Assembly: GCA_024405635.1 (NCBI GenBank)
Contig: JAKSOL010000006.1
Span: 1 to 64,000, forward strand
Length of the DNA: 64,000 bases
From: Salinivirgaceae bacterium
GTDB taxonomy: Bacteria; Bacteroidota; Bacteroidia; Bacteroidales; SZUA-534
Direction: 5' to 3'
Part shown: positions 28,092-38,717 of the stretch, in pieces
Layout: each line of letters opens with the position of its first letter
Numbering within the stretch: position 1 is the stretch's first letter
Made by a program: the position numbers and the translations under genes
Notes under the pieces: generated by a model
The model's input: the letters and a program-made list of their open reading frames with translations, nothing else
Database searches by the model: none
What the model was told of the DNA's origin: nothing

Positions 28092-29300
28092 ATGCCACGA
28101 GTACTTCGCATAATAAACCGATTCAACTTAGGAGGACCAACATACAATGCGTCATACCTAACTCGTTACATGTCAAACAAATACCAAACTCGGTTGGTAG
28201 GCGGTTTGAAAGAAGACGACGAGGAAAGTTCGGAGTACATAGTTCGCAACTTGGGCATTGAGCCTGAAATAATCCCAGAAATGCGTCGAGCAATCAGTTT
28301 GAGAAACGATTGGGTAGCATTTCGCAAAATTTGCCGCATTATTCGCGAGTTTAACCCCGATGTAGTGCACACTCACGCCTCAAAAGCTGGAACCATTGGT
28401 CGGTTAGCTGCCGCTTGGTGCCGAGTTCCTGTGGTGGTACATACCTTTCATGGTCACGTTTTTCATTCATACTTTGGAAAGGCAAAAACAGCAATGTACC
28501 TAACCATTGAGCGTTTTCTTGCGCATTTCACCACTCGCATTATTGCCATTAGCGAAAAACAACGCCACGAATTGGCCGATGTGTTTCAAATTGCACAATC
28601 AAAAAAGTTCACTGTTGTTCCGTTGGGTTTTGATTTAACACGTTTCACAATTGATAAAGAACAACGCCGAACTGAGTTCCGTAAACGCTATAATGTAACT
28701 GATAATCAGGTTGCTGTTGGCATTGTAGGGCGTTTGGCTCATGTAAAAAACCACGCCTTTTTTATTGATGTTATAGCAACCCTTAAAAACCAAAGCAAAG
28801 TGCCAGTGCGCGCTTTTATTGTTGGCGATGGTAGTTTACGTAACGAATTGGTTCAACAATGTGAAAATAAGGGACTTACAGTGTCGCAGCCCGAAAAAGA
28901 AAACCTTGATGCTGATGTTGTATTTACGTCGTGGATTAAAAACGTTGAAACCGTTTATCCAGCATTCGATATTTTGGCAATGACTTCGTTAAACGAAGGC
29001 ACGCCAGTGAGCATTATTGAAGCCCAAGCAGCAGGCGTGCCAGTTGTTAGCACCAATGTTGGAGGAATTGAAGATATTGTTGAAAACGGTAAAACTGCAC
29101 TCTTGGTTGAAAATGGAAACCTTGATGAATTTGTTCGTAGTTTGCGTCAAATGGTTGAAAATCAAGAATTTTTGGCCGAAATGTCAAACAGTGGAGTAGA
29201 GCATGTAATGAAAAAATATCACTATACCAGACTAGTTAGCGATGTTGAAAAACTATACGATGAGCTTTTGACACAGAAAGTTAGTAGCAACAAAGGCTGA
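28092..29300 (+). CDS. Glycosyltransferase family 4
   Basis: HTHASKAG, HTFHGH, EGTPVSIIEA.AAGVPVV. Confidence 0.92.
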   Translation: MPRVLRIINRFNLGGPTYNASYLTRYMSNKYQTRLVGGLKEDDEESSEYIVRNLGIEPEIIPEMRRAISLRNDWVAFRKICRIIREFNPDVVHTHASKAGTIGRLAAAWCRVPVVVHTFHGHVFHSYFGKAKTAMYLTIERFLAHFTTRIIAISEKQRHELADVFQIAQSKKFTVVPLGFDLTRFTIDKEQRRTEFRKRYNVTDNQVAVGIVGRLAHVKNHAFFIDVIATLKNQSKVPVRAFIVGDGSLRNELVQQCENKGLTVSQPEKENLDADVVFTSWIKNVETVYPAFDILAMTSLNEGTPVSIIEAQAAGVPVVSTNVGGIEDIVENGKTALLVENGNLDEFVRSLRQMVENQEFLAEMSNSGVEHVMKKYHYTRLVSDVEKLYDELLTQKVSSNKG

Positions 29301-29347
29301 TAGGATAATGTTTAGTAATTTTGCGCAATTTTTTGAAGACCAGATAA

Positions 29348-30109
29348 ATGAAGATTAAATACACATTCATATTATTGACAATCAGTGCATTATTCATGTC
29401 GAGCTGTTCAATTCTCAATCCAAGTGTGATGATGAAAACAGACCCGTTGTTTAAATTTGATGCAATTGAAGATAGTTTACACGAATATGTTATCAATCCG
29501 TTTGATGAGTTAAGCGTATCGGTTTATACAAATAAAGGTTTGCAACTGATTAATTTTGAAGGAAATGCAGGCGGCCAAATGCAAACCAATATGCTTAAGT
29601 ATCAGGTTGAAAGCGATGGAAACGTTAAATTACCAGTTGTAGGTCGCGTTCAACTATCGGGATTAACTGTAAAAGAGGCCGAAATTCTATTAGAAGGCAA
29701 ATACATTCAGTATTACCAAGATCCGTTTGTGAAACTGACAGTTACCAACCGCAGAGTAATGGTATTTAGAGCAGGAAGTACATCGGGAACGGTCTTGCCA
29801 ATGAGCAACGACAAATTCACACTTATTGAGGCATTGGCACAAGCTGGCGGCATAGACGATATGAGCAAAGCCTACCATATAAAAGTGGTTCGCGGCGATT
29901 TGAAACAACCCAAGGTATATTTATACAACCTTGCTACAATGGAAGATATGCAGAAAGCAAACCTTGTTTTGCAATCGAACGACATTATATATGTTGAAAA
30001 ACGCGGCCGATATGTTCACCGAACAATGACCGAAATTGCCCCATACCTTACTCTTTTCAATACAGCAATATTGTTGTATGTAACCTTATCAAATATTGGC
30101 AAAGAATAA
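29348..30109 (+). CDS. wza: Polysaccharide export outer-membrane lipoprotein
   Basis: Lipobox MSSC; DG..KLPVVG.V..SGLT; TLIEALAQAGG. Confidence 0.88.
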   Translation: MKIKYTFILLTISALFMSSCSILNPSVMMKTDPLFKFDAIEDSLHEYVINPFDELSVSVYTNKGLQLINFEGNAGGQMQTNMLKYQVESDGNVKLPVVGRVQLSGLTVKEAEILLEGKYIQYYQDPFVKLTVTNRRVMVFRAGSTSGTVLPMSNDKFTLIEALAQAGGIDDMSKAYHIKVVRGDLKQPKVYLYNLATMEDMQKANLVLQSNDIIYVEKRGRYVHRTMTEIAPYLTLFNTAILLYVTLSNIGKE

Positions 30110-32502
30110 TGGCACCACGACAAAATAGAATTCCTATAATAAACGACAATTTCGATTTGTCGATACTGATGCAGATTTTGCGCCGCAAATACTGGGTATT
30201 TGTGGTTGCTATGATATTGTCGGTAACATCGGCATTCCTTTATTTGCGATACAAACAACCAGTTTACACAGCATCAAGTGTTATTCAAATTCACGACGAA
30301 AACCGTACGTCGGACATGCTTTCAATTTCAACAGCATTGGGCAAAGAAACCGATATGCTAAAAACACTTGAGTTGATGCGTTCGCGCGAATTCTTGAAAA
30401 AAGTGTTTGACGAAATGCCTCTCAGCGTTTCGTATTACAACGAGGGAACTTTCCTGTCGTTTGATCTTTATCCAAAAACGCCATTTGTAATTGAAGTTGC
30501 TGCTCAAAATACCGATATATACGAAACATCGTACTATGCTGATTTTAATGGTATTGACTCGGTTACGCTTACATCAAAAAACAATAAAGATATTAGTTGG
30601 CGTATGCCAATTGGCGAATGGTCAAACATTGGGTCTAATCTTATAAAATGTCGAATTCAAGACACCGCAGCCATTTTGAACCACCGTATGGGCGAGCGTT
30701 TCTTTTTCACAATAAACGACCGAATTAATATTTACCGACAATACCAACGAGAGTTGAATATTAGCCTTTTGAGCAATTCGGCTCGCACAATAAAAGTGTC
30801 GTATGTTGGAACCAACCCAAACCGAACTGCCGATTTGGTTAATGCCGTTGCCGAGAATTTTCTTGATTACGATGTGCGCATTAAACGTGAGAGCGCCAAA
30901 AACGTTCTTGAGTTTATTGATTCGCAACTCGATATGATTTTTAAAAGTTTGGGCGAGACTGAACGTCAAATTCAAGATTTTAGAAACAAGAATCATATCA
31001 ATAGTAACGATTTGATTAGCAGCTCGTTTGATGTGCCAGCTACTCGTCTTTCAGAAATTGAAGAGAAACTTGCAAGTGCCGAGTATGAGTTGACTGCTCT
31101 TAAGCAACTTCGCCAACAACTTGAAAAAAACGACAATATAAATACCTACGAGATGCAGGCAGTTTTGGCGGGAACGGCATCGGCTCAAGCAATGAACGGA
31201 TTGTTGAGTCAACTGCAACATACCATTACACAACGTGAAACGCTGCTTAACAATGTAACTGCCGATAACCAAAAGGTTAAGCAAATTGAAAAACAACTTG
31301 AACAACAAGTGCAACTTACACTTGATTTTGTAAAAGCAACGTCAGAACGCATTAGCGAACAATGCAAATCGTATCGCAGTAAAATAAGCGAGATAGAATC
31401 GCGCATATTTAACAAAAAGGATTACGACCAACTCGAGTATGCAAAACTTGAGCGTTTATACACCATTAACGAGAACTATTACCACAAATTGCTTGAGAAA
31501 AAAGCCGAATACATGATTTCGCAAGCAGGTTATGTTAGTCAAAATACAATGCTTGAGCGTGCCGATGTGCCAACCGCGCCTATTGCACCAATACCAAGTA
31601 GTATTTATTCAATGTTTGTGGCTGTGGGGCTGTTTGTTAGTTTCTGCTACTACATTATCAGCTACTTGCTTTACAACGAGGTGTCGTCGGTTAAAATTAT
31701 TCAGAATTACACCAACGCTCCAGTACTTGGTGCGGTTCCTTTTTATGCCGAAAGTGCCGACAGCGTTTCATCGTTGTTGGTTGATAAAAATCCACATTCG
31801 GCATTTGCCGAGGCTTTCCGCAGCATAAGGTCAAACTTGCAATTTGTGTCGCATGGTGCTGAAACTAAAGTTATTTCGGTATCGTCAACCATTCCGGGTG
31901 AGGGCAAAACCTTTGTGGCCATCAACTTGGGTGGCATTTTGGCCATGTCGGGTAAAAAGGTTATTCTGCTCGACCTCGATTTGCGCAAACCTCGTATTCA
32001 CCAAGGTTTTAAGGTAGATAATAGCAAAGGCATGAGCACCATTCTTATTGGTCACAACAAAGTTGCCGATTGCTTGCATAAGTCTGAAATTGAAGGACTT
32101 GACTATATTACCGCAGGTCCAGTTCCACCAAATCCATCGGAACTGGCCAATAGTAAAGAAATGGATGAAGTAATAAAGGAACTTGAAAGTTTGTATGACA
32201 TTATTATTGTTGATACTCCGCCAGTTGGCATTATTTGCGATGCTATGACCAACTTGCATCGGGCCGATTATCCAATTTATATCATTAATGCTAAAAAATC
32301 GAAACGCCAGTTTATTGAGAATATCAACTTGTTGCGCAATGAGAAGGGAATGGACAACTTGTCGATTATTTTAAACTCAAGCGAAATGGTTAAAAGTCAT
32401 GGCTACGGATACGGATACGGTTACGGCTATGGCTACGGATACGGCTATGGTTATGGCTATGGCTACGGAGATGAAGAGAAGAAGAAAAAACATAAAAACT
32501 GA
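30109..32502 (+). CDS. wzc: Polysaccharide biosynthesis tyrosine autokinase
   Basis: GEGKT, DLDLRKP, IIVDTPP, C-terminal (GY)n tyrosine cluster. Confidence 0.92.
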   Translation: MAPRQNRIPIINDNFDLSILMQILRRKYWVFVVAMILSVTSAFLYLRYKQPVYTASSVIQIHDENRTSDMLSISTALGKETDMLKTLELMRSREFLKKVFDEMPLSVSYYNEGTFLSFDLYPKTPFVIEVAAQNTDIYETSYYADFNGIDSVTLTSKNNKDISWRMPIGEWSNIGSNLIKCRIQDTAAILNHRMGERFFFTINDRINIYRQYQRELNISLLSNSARTIKVSYVGTNPNRTADLVNAVAENFLDYDVRIKRESAKNVLEFIDSQLDMIFKSLGETERQIQDFRNKNHINSNDLISSSFDVPATRLSEIEEKLASAEYELTALKQLRQQLEKNDNINTYEMQAVLAGTASAQAMNGLLSQLQHTITQRETLLNNVTADNQKVKQIEKQLEQQVQLTLDFVKATSERISEQCKSYRSKISEIESRIFNKKDYDQLEYAKLERLYTINENYYHKLLEKKAEYMISQAGYVSQNTMLERADVPTAPIAPIPSSIYSMFVAVGLFVSFCYYIISYLLYNEVSSVKIIQNYTNAPVLGAVPFYAESADSVSSLLVDKNPHSAFAEAFRSIRSNLQFVSHGAETKVISVSSTIPGEGKTFVAINLGGILAMSGKKVILLDLDLRKPRIHQGFKVDNSKGMSTILIGHNKVADCLHKSEIEGLDYITAGPVPPNPSELANSKEMDEVIKELESLYDIIIVDTPPVGIICDAMTNLHRADYPIYIINAKKSKRQFIENINLLRNEKGMDNLSIILNSSEMVKSHGYGYGYGYGYGYGYGYGYGYGYGDEEKKKKHKN

Positions 32503-32504
32503 TT

Positions 32505-33572
32505 ATGATTAAATTATTGGCATTGCTTTTTTTGGTGATGTTGCCAGTGTGTTGGTATATTCACCACTATTTTTTGGTTCGTTCAAACGATTTGTCGATT
32601 CACAAAGGAAACACAACGGGCGAACGTTGGGCTTCGCAAAAGAAACCTATTTTGGGTGGCGTTGGTTTTTTTCTAGGCTTTGTTATTTGTGCAGCTTGCT
32701 GGATTATTTGGGCTCACATTGTAGGAGTGGACTATTCTGGAACAAAAGCTTTGTCAATTGTTATAGCAGCAACCATAGCATTTGCTTCAGGTTTAATTGA
32801 CGATGTGTTCAACACTCCGCCATCATTCAAATTCTTTATGCAATTCGTTGTGTCGGTAATTCTTATTCATGCCGGCATTTGCATTAACATTTTTGAAAAT
32901 ATGATACTGAATTATGCTTTAACAGTCTTTTGGGTTGTTGGCATAATGAATTCGCTAAACATGCTCGACAATATGGATGCTATTACAACTAGCATAAGCA
33001 CCATAATAATGCTTGGAATGGTTGCCATTATGTTACTTACAGGTTGTGGTAGCTCGCTTTTATTGTTTACAGTGGTTGGAGTGTTGGCTGCAACAATCAG
33101 TTTTCTTGCCTTCAATTGGCACCCTTCAAGTATGTATATGGGCGACAACGGTTCTCAGTTTATTGGAGCATTTGTTTCCATTTTGAGTATTGAAACATTA
33201 TGGAACACACCATCGGTTGAGCAAGGCAATTGGCTAATTAACTTTGTGCTAATTTTTATGGCATTTATTGTTCCAATAACCGATACCACAACAGTTTCAA
33301 TAAATCGTACTTTGCGTGGTCAAATGCCTTTTGTTGGTGGCACCGATCACACTACCCATCACTTGTTTTACATGCACCTTAACGAGCATCAAGTAGCTTT
33401 GGTTTTGGGCTTTATAAATTTGATATCGGTAGCTGCCGTAGTTATGTTCGTTGTTTTTCCTTCAACACAATCTTTGTATTTGAAGATAGCGGCTTTTGCT
33501 GCGATAGCAATTACGTTAACTCTATATACCATTACTCGTATTACTAAACGACCAACTGTAACAGCAAAATAG
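32505..33572 (+). CDS. MraY/WecA-like undecaprenyl-phosphate sugar-phosphate transferase
   Basis: P.LGG, GLIDD, NMLDNMD, YMGDNGS. Confidence 0.85.
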   Translation: MIKLLALLFLVMLPVCWYIHHYFLVRSNDLSIHKGNTTGERWASQKKPILGGVGFFLGFVICAACWIIWAHIVGVDYSGTKALSIVIAATIAFASGLIDDVFNTPPSFKFFMQFVVSVILIHAGICINIFENMILNYALTVFWVVGIMNSLNMLDNMDAITTSISTIIMLGMVAIMLLTGCGSSLLLFTVVGVLAATISFLAFNWHPSSMYMGDNGSQFIGAFVSILSIETLWNTPSVEQGNWLINFVLIFMAFIVPITDTTTVSINRTLRGQMPFVGGTDHTTHHLFYMHLNEHQVALVLGFINLISVAAVVMFVVFPSTQSLYLKIAAFAAIAITLTLYTITRITKRPTVTAK

Positions 33573-33582
33573 ACTTTACCAT

Positions 33583-34581
33583 ATGAAATTTTTGAAAGCT
33601 GTTCTTCAAGTTTTTGTGCAGATTGCCATTGTGGCAGTGGTTGCAATTATTGTAAGTTCGTATGTTATTAAATTGCACGAAGAGCAATGTGCTAATAATC
33701 AAGGTAGTAGTGGTCATTTGGTGGTAAAGCCAATTGAAATTCCAAGCCAAATAACATTTATGGGCGAACGTGTTCCTGTTGAAAACTTCGACACTCGCGA
33801 AAGCCTTGACCGCGAACTACAAGTGAATATGTTTTGGCACTCGCAAACCATTATGTTACTTAAACGTGCCAATCGCTATTTCCCTGAAATTGAGCCTATT
33901 TTGAAAGAAAACAATGTGCCCGACGACCTTAAATACATTGCTTTAATTGAAAGTGGATTGATGAATGTTACATCACCATCGGGAGCAAAAGGTTTTTGGC
34001 AATTCCTTGAGGGAACGGCTAAAGAGTGTTTGCTTGAAGTAAACAACGAGGTTGACGAGCGTTACAACGTTGCAAAGGCTACTCAAGCAGCCATTCGCTA
34101 TTTCAAAAAACAGAATGACAGATTTGGTTCGTGGACCATGGCTGCAGCTTCATACAATATGGGTGGCAACGGATTGGCAAAGCAAGTGGCACGACAAAAA
34201 TGCAACAATTACTACGACCTTACTCTTGGCGAAGAAACAGAACGCTATGTTTTTCGTGCATTGGCAATAAAAATGATTTTTGAAAACCCAACCCAATTTG
34301 GATTCAATATACCAACCGAATTTCTTTATGAACCAATACCTTGCCGCATTGTTGAAGTAGATTCAACTATTAGCAATATTGCCGATTTCGCATTTAGTCA
34401 AGGTACAAATTACAAAATGCTGAAAGTGCTTAACCCTTGGTTGCGCGACAACAAACTAACTAACCGAAAAGGAAAAACCTACCAAATAAAAATAATTGAC
34501 TCAGCATATCGCAATGTTGTTATCGACACCTTACCAGTTGCCGATTCAACTGCACAACCTATTGATGCTGAATTGAAATAA
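33583..34581 (+). CDS. Lytic transglycosylase (SLT/MltD-like)
   Basis: IES, GAKGFWQF, AAASYNMG, LNPWL. Confidence 0.9.
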   Translation: MKFLKAVLQVFVQIAIVAVVAIIVSSYVIKLHEEQCANNQGSSGHLVVKPIEIPSQITFMGERVPVENFDTRESLDRELQVNMFWHSQTIMLLKRANRYFPEIEPILKENNVPDDLKYIALIESGLMNVTSPSGAKGFWQFLEGTAKECLLEVNNEVDERYNVAKATQAAIRYFKKQNDRFGSWTMAAASYNMGGNGLAKQVARQKCNNYYDLTLGEETERYVFRALAIKMIFENPTQFGFNIPTEFLYEPIPCRIVEVDSTISNIADFAFSQGTNYKMLKVLNPWLRDNKLTNRKGKTYQIKIIDSAYRNVVIDTLPVADSTAQPIDAELK

Positions 34582-34594
34582 ACCGACATTCAAA

Positions 34595-35398
34595 ATGGAT
34601 AAACAATACTTTGAACGCCACAACCGCCGCGATTTTCATAACGATCGACGAAACGATGAACAACGTACCGACGACTTTGTTTTTGGTACACGTGCAGTTA
34701 TTGAGGCTATTCGTTTTGGCAAGCAGATTGACAAAATCTTAATAAAACTGGGGCAGAACAACGAACTATCGAACGAGTTGTTTGACTTGATTCGCGAAAA
34801 CGATATTCCAGTTCAGCGCGTGCCTCAAGAGAAACTTGACCGCATCACACGCAAAAACCATCAAGGTGTTATTGCTCTCATGTCGCCAATTGCATTCTGC
34901 AAGGTTGAAGATGTGGTTGCTCAAGTGTTTGAAAAGGGTCAAATGCCGTTTATTATTGCGCTCGATGGAGTAACCGATGTTCGCAATTTTGGAGCCATTG
35001 TACGCACTGCCGAGTGCGCAGGTGTGCATGCCATTGTTGTTCCCGAAAAAGGGTCGTCGCGCATTGGTGCCGATGCGGTTAAAACATCGGCTGGTGCCTT
35101 GCATAAAGTGCCTATTTGCCGCACTTCGTCACTCAAAAAAACATTGCAAGACCTTATGGCCTCGGGACTTACTGTTTGTGGAGCTACCGAAAAAACCGAC
35201 GGAAACTATTTTCAACACAACCTTACCGGACCTCTTTGTATTGTAATGGGAGCCGAAGACGAAGGTTTGAGCCCCGAAGTGTTCCGCATTTGTCAACCTT
35301 TGCTCAAAATTCCTATTCTTGGCGAAATTGAATCGCTTAATGTATCGGTTGCAGCTTCGGTTTTAATGTACGAAGTTGTACGCCAGCGTATGGCTTAG
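34595..35398 (+). CDS. rlmB: 23S rRNA Gm2251 2'-O-methyltransferase
   Basis: NHQGV, DVRNFGAIVRTA, GAEDEG, ESLNVSVA. Confidence 0.93.
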   Translation: MDKQYFERHNRRDFHNDRRNDEQRTDDFVFGTRAVIEAIRFGKQIDKILIKLGQNNELSNELFDLIRENDIPVQRVPQEKLDRITRKNHQGVIALMSPIAFCKVEDVVAQVFEKGQMPFIIALDGVTDVRNFGAIVRTAECAGVHAIVVPEKGSSRIGADAVKTSAGALHKVPICRTSSLKKTLQDLMASGLTVCGATEKTDGNYFQHNLTGPLCIVMGAEDEGLSPEVFRICQPLLKIPILGEIESLNVSVAASVLMYEVVRQRMA

Positions 35399-35427
35399 AT
35401 TGTGTTTGTAAGCATCTTACAATAAAA

Positions 35428-36594
35428 TTGAAAACTACAGTAAATCAAATAGTTGATGCGTATGCCGATGAATTGATTCAAATTCGTCGGCACATTCATT
35501 CTCACCCCGAAGTTGCTCAACACGAGATTCAAACATCAGCTTTTGTTGCACAAAAACTTGGTGAGTTGGGTATCGATTTTAAAGCAAACATTGGAGGCTA
35601 TGGCATTCTTGCTGTTATTAAGGGCAGTTTGCCTGGCAAAACCATCGCTTTGCGTGCCGATATGGATGCGTTGCCAATAACTGAAGAAACTGGATTGCCG
35701 TTTGCTTCGCAAAATGTAGGCCTAATGCACGCTTGCGGCCACGATATTCACATTGCTTGTTTGCTTGGTGTTGCTCGAGTTTTGCAAAATATGCGTCAAC
35801 AAATAAAAGGCACTGTTTTGCTTGTGTTTCAGCCTTGCGAGGAGAGTATTCCCGGTGGAGCAAATCTTATGTTACGCGATGGCGTGTTTGCCGATTACGA
35901 ACCACAAATGGTTATTGCTCAACATGTTTACCCCGAACTTGAAGTAGGGCAGTTTGGCTTTCATAAAGGCGAATATCTAGCCTCGGCCGATGAGGTTATT
36001 ATTACTTGCAACAGTAAAGGCGGACATGCTGCTTTGCCGCATTTGTCGGTCGATTCGGTGCTAATGGCTTCGCAAATTGTTGTGTCGCTACAACAGGTTT
36101 GTAGCCGATTTATTCCTGCTCAAGTTCCTGCTGTTCTGTCGTTTGGCAAAATAACTTGCAACAGCGCCATGAACATCATTCCCGAAAAAGTAATTATTGA
36201 CGGCACACTTCGCATTATGAACGAAGACTGGCGTTTTAAAGCTCACGACCGCATCCGTTTAATCGCAAATTCGGTTGCGCAAAGTATGGGTGGTACGTGC
36301 GATGTTAACATTATAGTTGGCTATCCAAGTTTGTTCAACAATTGCAAATTAACCGACACAGTTCAGCGCATTACTGCCGAATTGTGGGGCGAGCAAAGTG
36401 TTCATGAAGTTGATGCTCGACTTACTGCCGAGGATTTTGGTTGGTTCTCGCAAAAGTACCCTTCGTGCTTCTTTCGGTTGGGTGTAGGTGCTTCAACTGG
36501 ATTGCATACACCAACTTTTGTAGCCGACGAACGGGCTATTGCTATTGGAACAAAGAATATGGCTCTTATTGCACTTAAACTGCTTGAAAATTAA
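35428..36594 (+). CDS. M20D amidohydrolase
   Basis: RADMDALP, HACGHD, QPCEE, EDF. Confidence 0.92.
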   Translation: MKTTVNQIVDAYADELIQIRRHIHSHPEVAQHEIQTSAFVAQKLGELGIDFKANIGGYGILAVIKGSLPGKTIALRADMDALPITEETGLPFASQNVGLMHACGHDIHIACLLGVARVLQNMRQQIKGTVLLVFQPCEESIPGGANLMLRDGVFADYEPQMVIAQHVYPELEVGQFGFHKGEYLASADEVIITCNSKGGHAALPHLSVDSVLMASQIVVSLQQVCSRFIPAQVPAVLSFGKITCNSAMNIIPEKVIIDGTLRIMNEDWRFKAHDRIRLIANSVAQSMGGTCDVNIIVGYPSLFNNCKLTDTVQRITAELWGEQSVHEVDARLTAEDFGWFSQKYPSCFFRLGVGASTGLHTPTFVADERAIAIGTKNMALIALKLLEN

Positions 36595-36628
36595 TAAGTT
36601 AACCGATTTGAGAATAATATATATTTAT

Positions 36629-37462
36629 ATGAAAAAGGCGCTCTTCGCAATATTGATGGTGTTGTTTTTTGCATCGTGCACCGATAGTTTCAAAACAACT
36701 GAATCGGGTTTGAATTACAAATTTGTGATTAAGAATACTGACCAGTATAAACCTCAAATAAACGATGTAGTTGCTCTGCGAATGAGTTATAAAGACCAGT
36801 CGGGCGAAGTAGAGGAGTGGCCGTTGTTTAAAAAACGACTTGAAAAAGTTTCAATAGATGTGCCCACAGTTGACGAGGGGTTGTCGCTTATGCACAAAGG
36901 CGATAGCTTGCTGTTGCAAATGACAAACAAGGAGTTTTTTCAGTTTACGCTTGGTCAAGCTGTGCCAGCAAATGTTAATCCTTCTGAAGTTATTTTTATC
37001 GGACTACGTTTGGTTGAAGTTATTAAAGCCGAAGAATTTGAGCGCGACCGTCAGGCGGCCCGCATGGTTGGCGAGCGCGAAGAGGATGCAATACTTGATA
37101 ACTATCTGCAAGAAAATAACATAGTTGCCGAACCGGAATTAAGCGGACTAATTATTATTGAAAAACGTAAAGGTGATGGCACCAAGCCAACTCCCGGGCG
37201 CAACGTGACTATTAATTACACTGCAAGTTTTTTGAATGGCGAAATGTTCGATTCGTCGTATAAACGCAACCAACCGCTAACTTTCAAACTTGGTGTTGGT
37301 AAAGTAATTCAAGGACTTGAAGAAGGTGTATCAAAAATGCACTGCGGAGGGATGTGCCAATTGATTATTCCATCTCCGTTGGCTTATGGCGATGAGCAAG
37401 TTGGTCCTGTAGCGCCTTTTTCAACCTTGGTTTTCGATGTTGAATTAGTTGAAGTAGAATAA
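36629..37462 (+). CDS. FKBP-type peptidyl-prolyl isomerase lipoprotein
   Basis: Lipobox FASC; FDSS, VIQGLEEG, IPSPLAYG, TLVFDVEL. Confidence 0.9.
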   Translation: MKKALFAILMVLFFASCTDSFKTTESGLNYKFVIKNTDQYKPQINDVVALRMSYKDQSGEVEEWPLFKKRLEKVSIDVPTVDEGLSLMHKGDSLLLQMTNKEFFQFTLGQAVPANVNPSEVIFIGLRLVEVIKAEEFERDRQAARMVGEREEDAILDNYLQENNIVAEPELSGLIIIEKRKGDGTKPTPGRNVTINYTASFLNGEMFDSSYKRNQPLTFKLGVGKVIQGLEEGVSKMHCGGMCQLIIPSPLAYGDEQVGPVAPFSTLVFDVELVEVE

Positions 37463-37478
37463 AATCAGTTAGTTTTTT

Positions 37479-38717
37479 CTACTCGTAAAACAAAAACTCA
37501 ACCCTACGATTCTTTTGTCGGGCAGCATCGGTTTGTTCTGGTGTAATAGGAAACAATTTGCCTTTGCCTTCGGTTGTAATACGGGTTGAATCAATACCTT
37601 TGCTAATCAAATAGTTAGCAACCGAATGCGCTCGATGTTCACTCAGCTCTTGATTGTAATCAATTGAACCAACATCGTCTGTATGTCCATATAGTTTTAG
37701 TTTCGATTTGAAACAACGAGTCAAAATGTTGGCCAATTCATTCAGCGAAAGTGTGTCTTCTGGCATTAAATCGTACGAATTGAAATCAAAATGAACCATT
37801 TTGTCAAACACAACCGAATCTTCGACCATTCGTATTCGGTCAACTCCTAAAACGAGTTTGCGAGTAGTGAATTCTGAAATCAAGAAAGGTTGAATGGGGC
37901 AAATTTTTCCCAAACTACGCAACGAATTTGCTTTAATAAACACGCCCGAATCGTAAATATTGTCGCCAACGTCGGCAATAAGCATTGTGAGTTTGTATAT
38001 TTTGAATGGCTCAACATTGGCACGCGCTTCAAGCAAAGTTGTCATGCCATCAAACTGAAAGTAGGCCGAAAGTGGTCCGGGTTTTGAAGCACCGGGCGGC
38101 AACGCATAGCCTTCAGGTATCCACATTGGGTTTTCAATGTAGTATTGTGGATGATAAACAGCATTAACATTGTCAACTGTAATTGGAACTCCACTCTCGG
38201 GCAAAATAGCCATGTTGTGCGGAGTTTTGTAGCCAGGACCTTCAATAAAAAAGGCAAATACATCGTTTACACCTTTGCGCACAAACTCCGGATACTCTTC
38301 TGATGCAAAAAAGTATTCAAACGATATTTGGTCGCTACTAGCTACAAAAGTAATTTCAAGTATAGCAGCGTCAACAGTAAACTGCCCTGCAATGCTATCA
38401 AGCCTATGGTCGCCGGGGGTAAAAACTCCTAATCCAGAGTTGCGCGATGTGTTTGGCTTTGCTGCCCATTCGGCAATGCCTGTGCTCATGGTTATGCCTT
38501 GTTGTATAGGCATATTGGCATTTTCGGTGGTGAAAAAAGCAATTGAATGGGGCCCTCCAATGTATTCTGAACTCAAAACCGATATGTTGTTGTGGTTTTT
38601 TGGAATAAGCGCTTCTACCATTTCAGTTGTGGTCATTTGCTTAAACTCCAACTTTTGCGCAACTAGTATTTGAGTTGAGAGAATAAAAAGTAATATGCTG
38701 TGTATCAGCTTTTTCAT
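37479..38717 (-). CDS. OmpA-domain protein with choice-of-anchor L-like N-terminal domain
   Basis: FASEEYPE..NDVFAFFI.GP, IADVGD..YDSGVF; GHTD..NRRVEF. Confidence 0.8.
   Translation of the reverse strand: MKKLIHSILLFILSTQILVAQKLEFKQMTTTEMVEALIPKNHNNISVLSSEYIGGPHSIAFFTTENANMPIQQGITMSTGIAEWAAKPNTSRNSGLGVFTPGDHRLDSIAGQFTVDAAILEITFVASSDQISFEYFFASEEYPEFVRKGVNDVFAFFIEGPGYKTPHNMAILPESGVPITVDNVNAVYHPQYYIENPMWIPEGYALPPGASKPGPLSAYFQFDGMTTLLEARANVEPFKIYKLTMLIADVGDNIYDSGVFIKANSLRSLGKICPIQPFLISEFTTRKLVLGVDRIRMVEDSVVFDKMVHFDFNSYDLMPEDTLSLNELANILTRCFKSKLKLYGHTDDVGSIDYNQELSEHRAHSVANYLISKGIDSTRITTEGKGKLFPITPEQTDAARQKNRRVEFLFYE

Noticed and set aside
32401-32469. ggNtaY tandem repeat encoding (GY)n
   Set aside because: This is the normal tyrosine cluster of Bacteroidetes Wzc kinases; the synonymous variation shows protein-level selection.
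26112-33572. Polysaccharide block lacking wzx/wzy
   Set aside because: Split loci are common; the missing genes are probably elsewhere in the genome.
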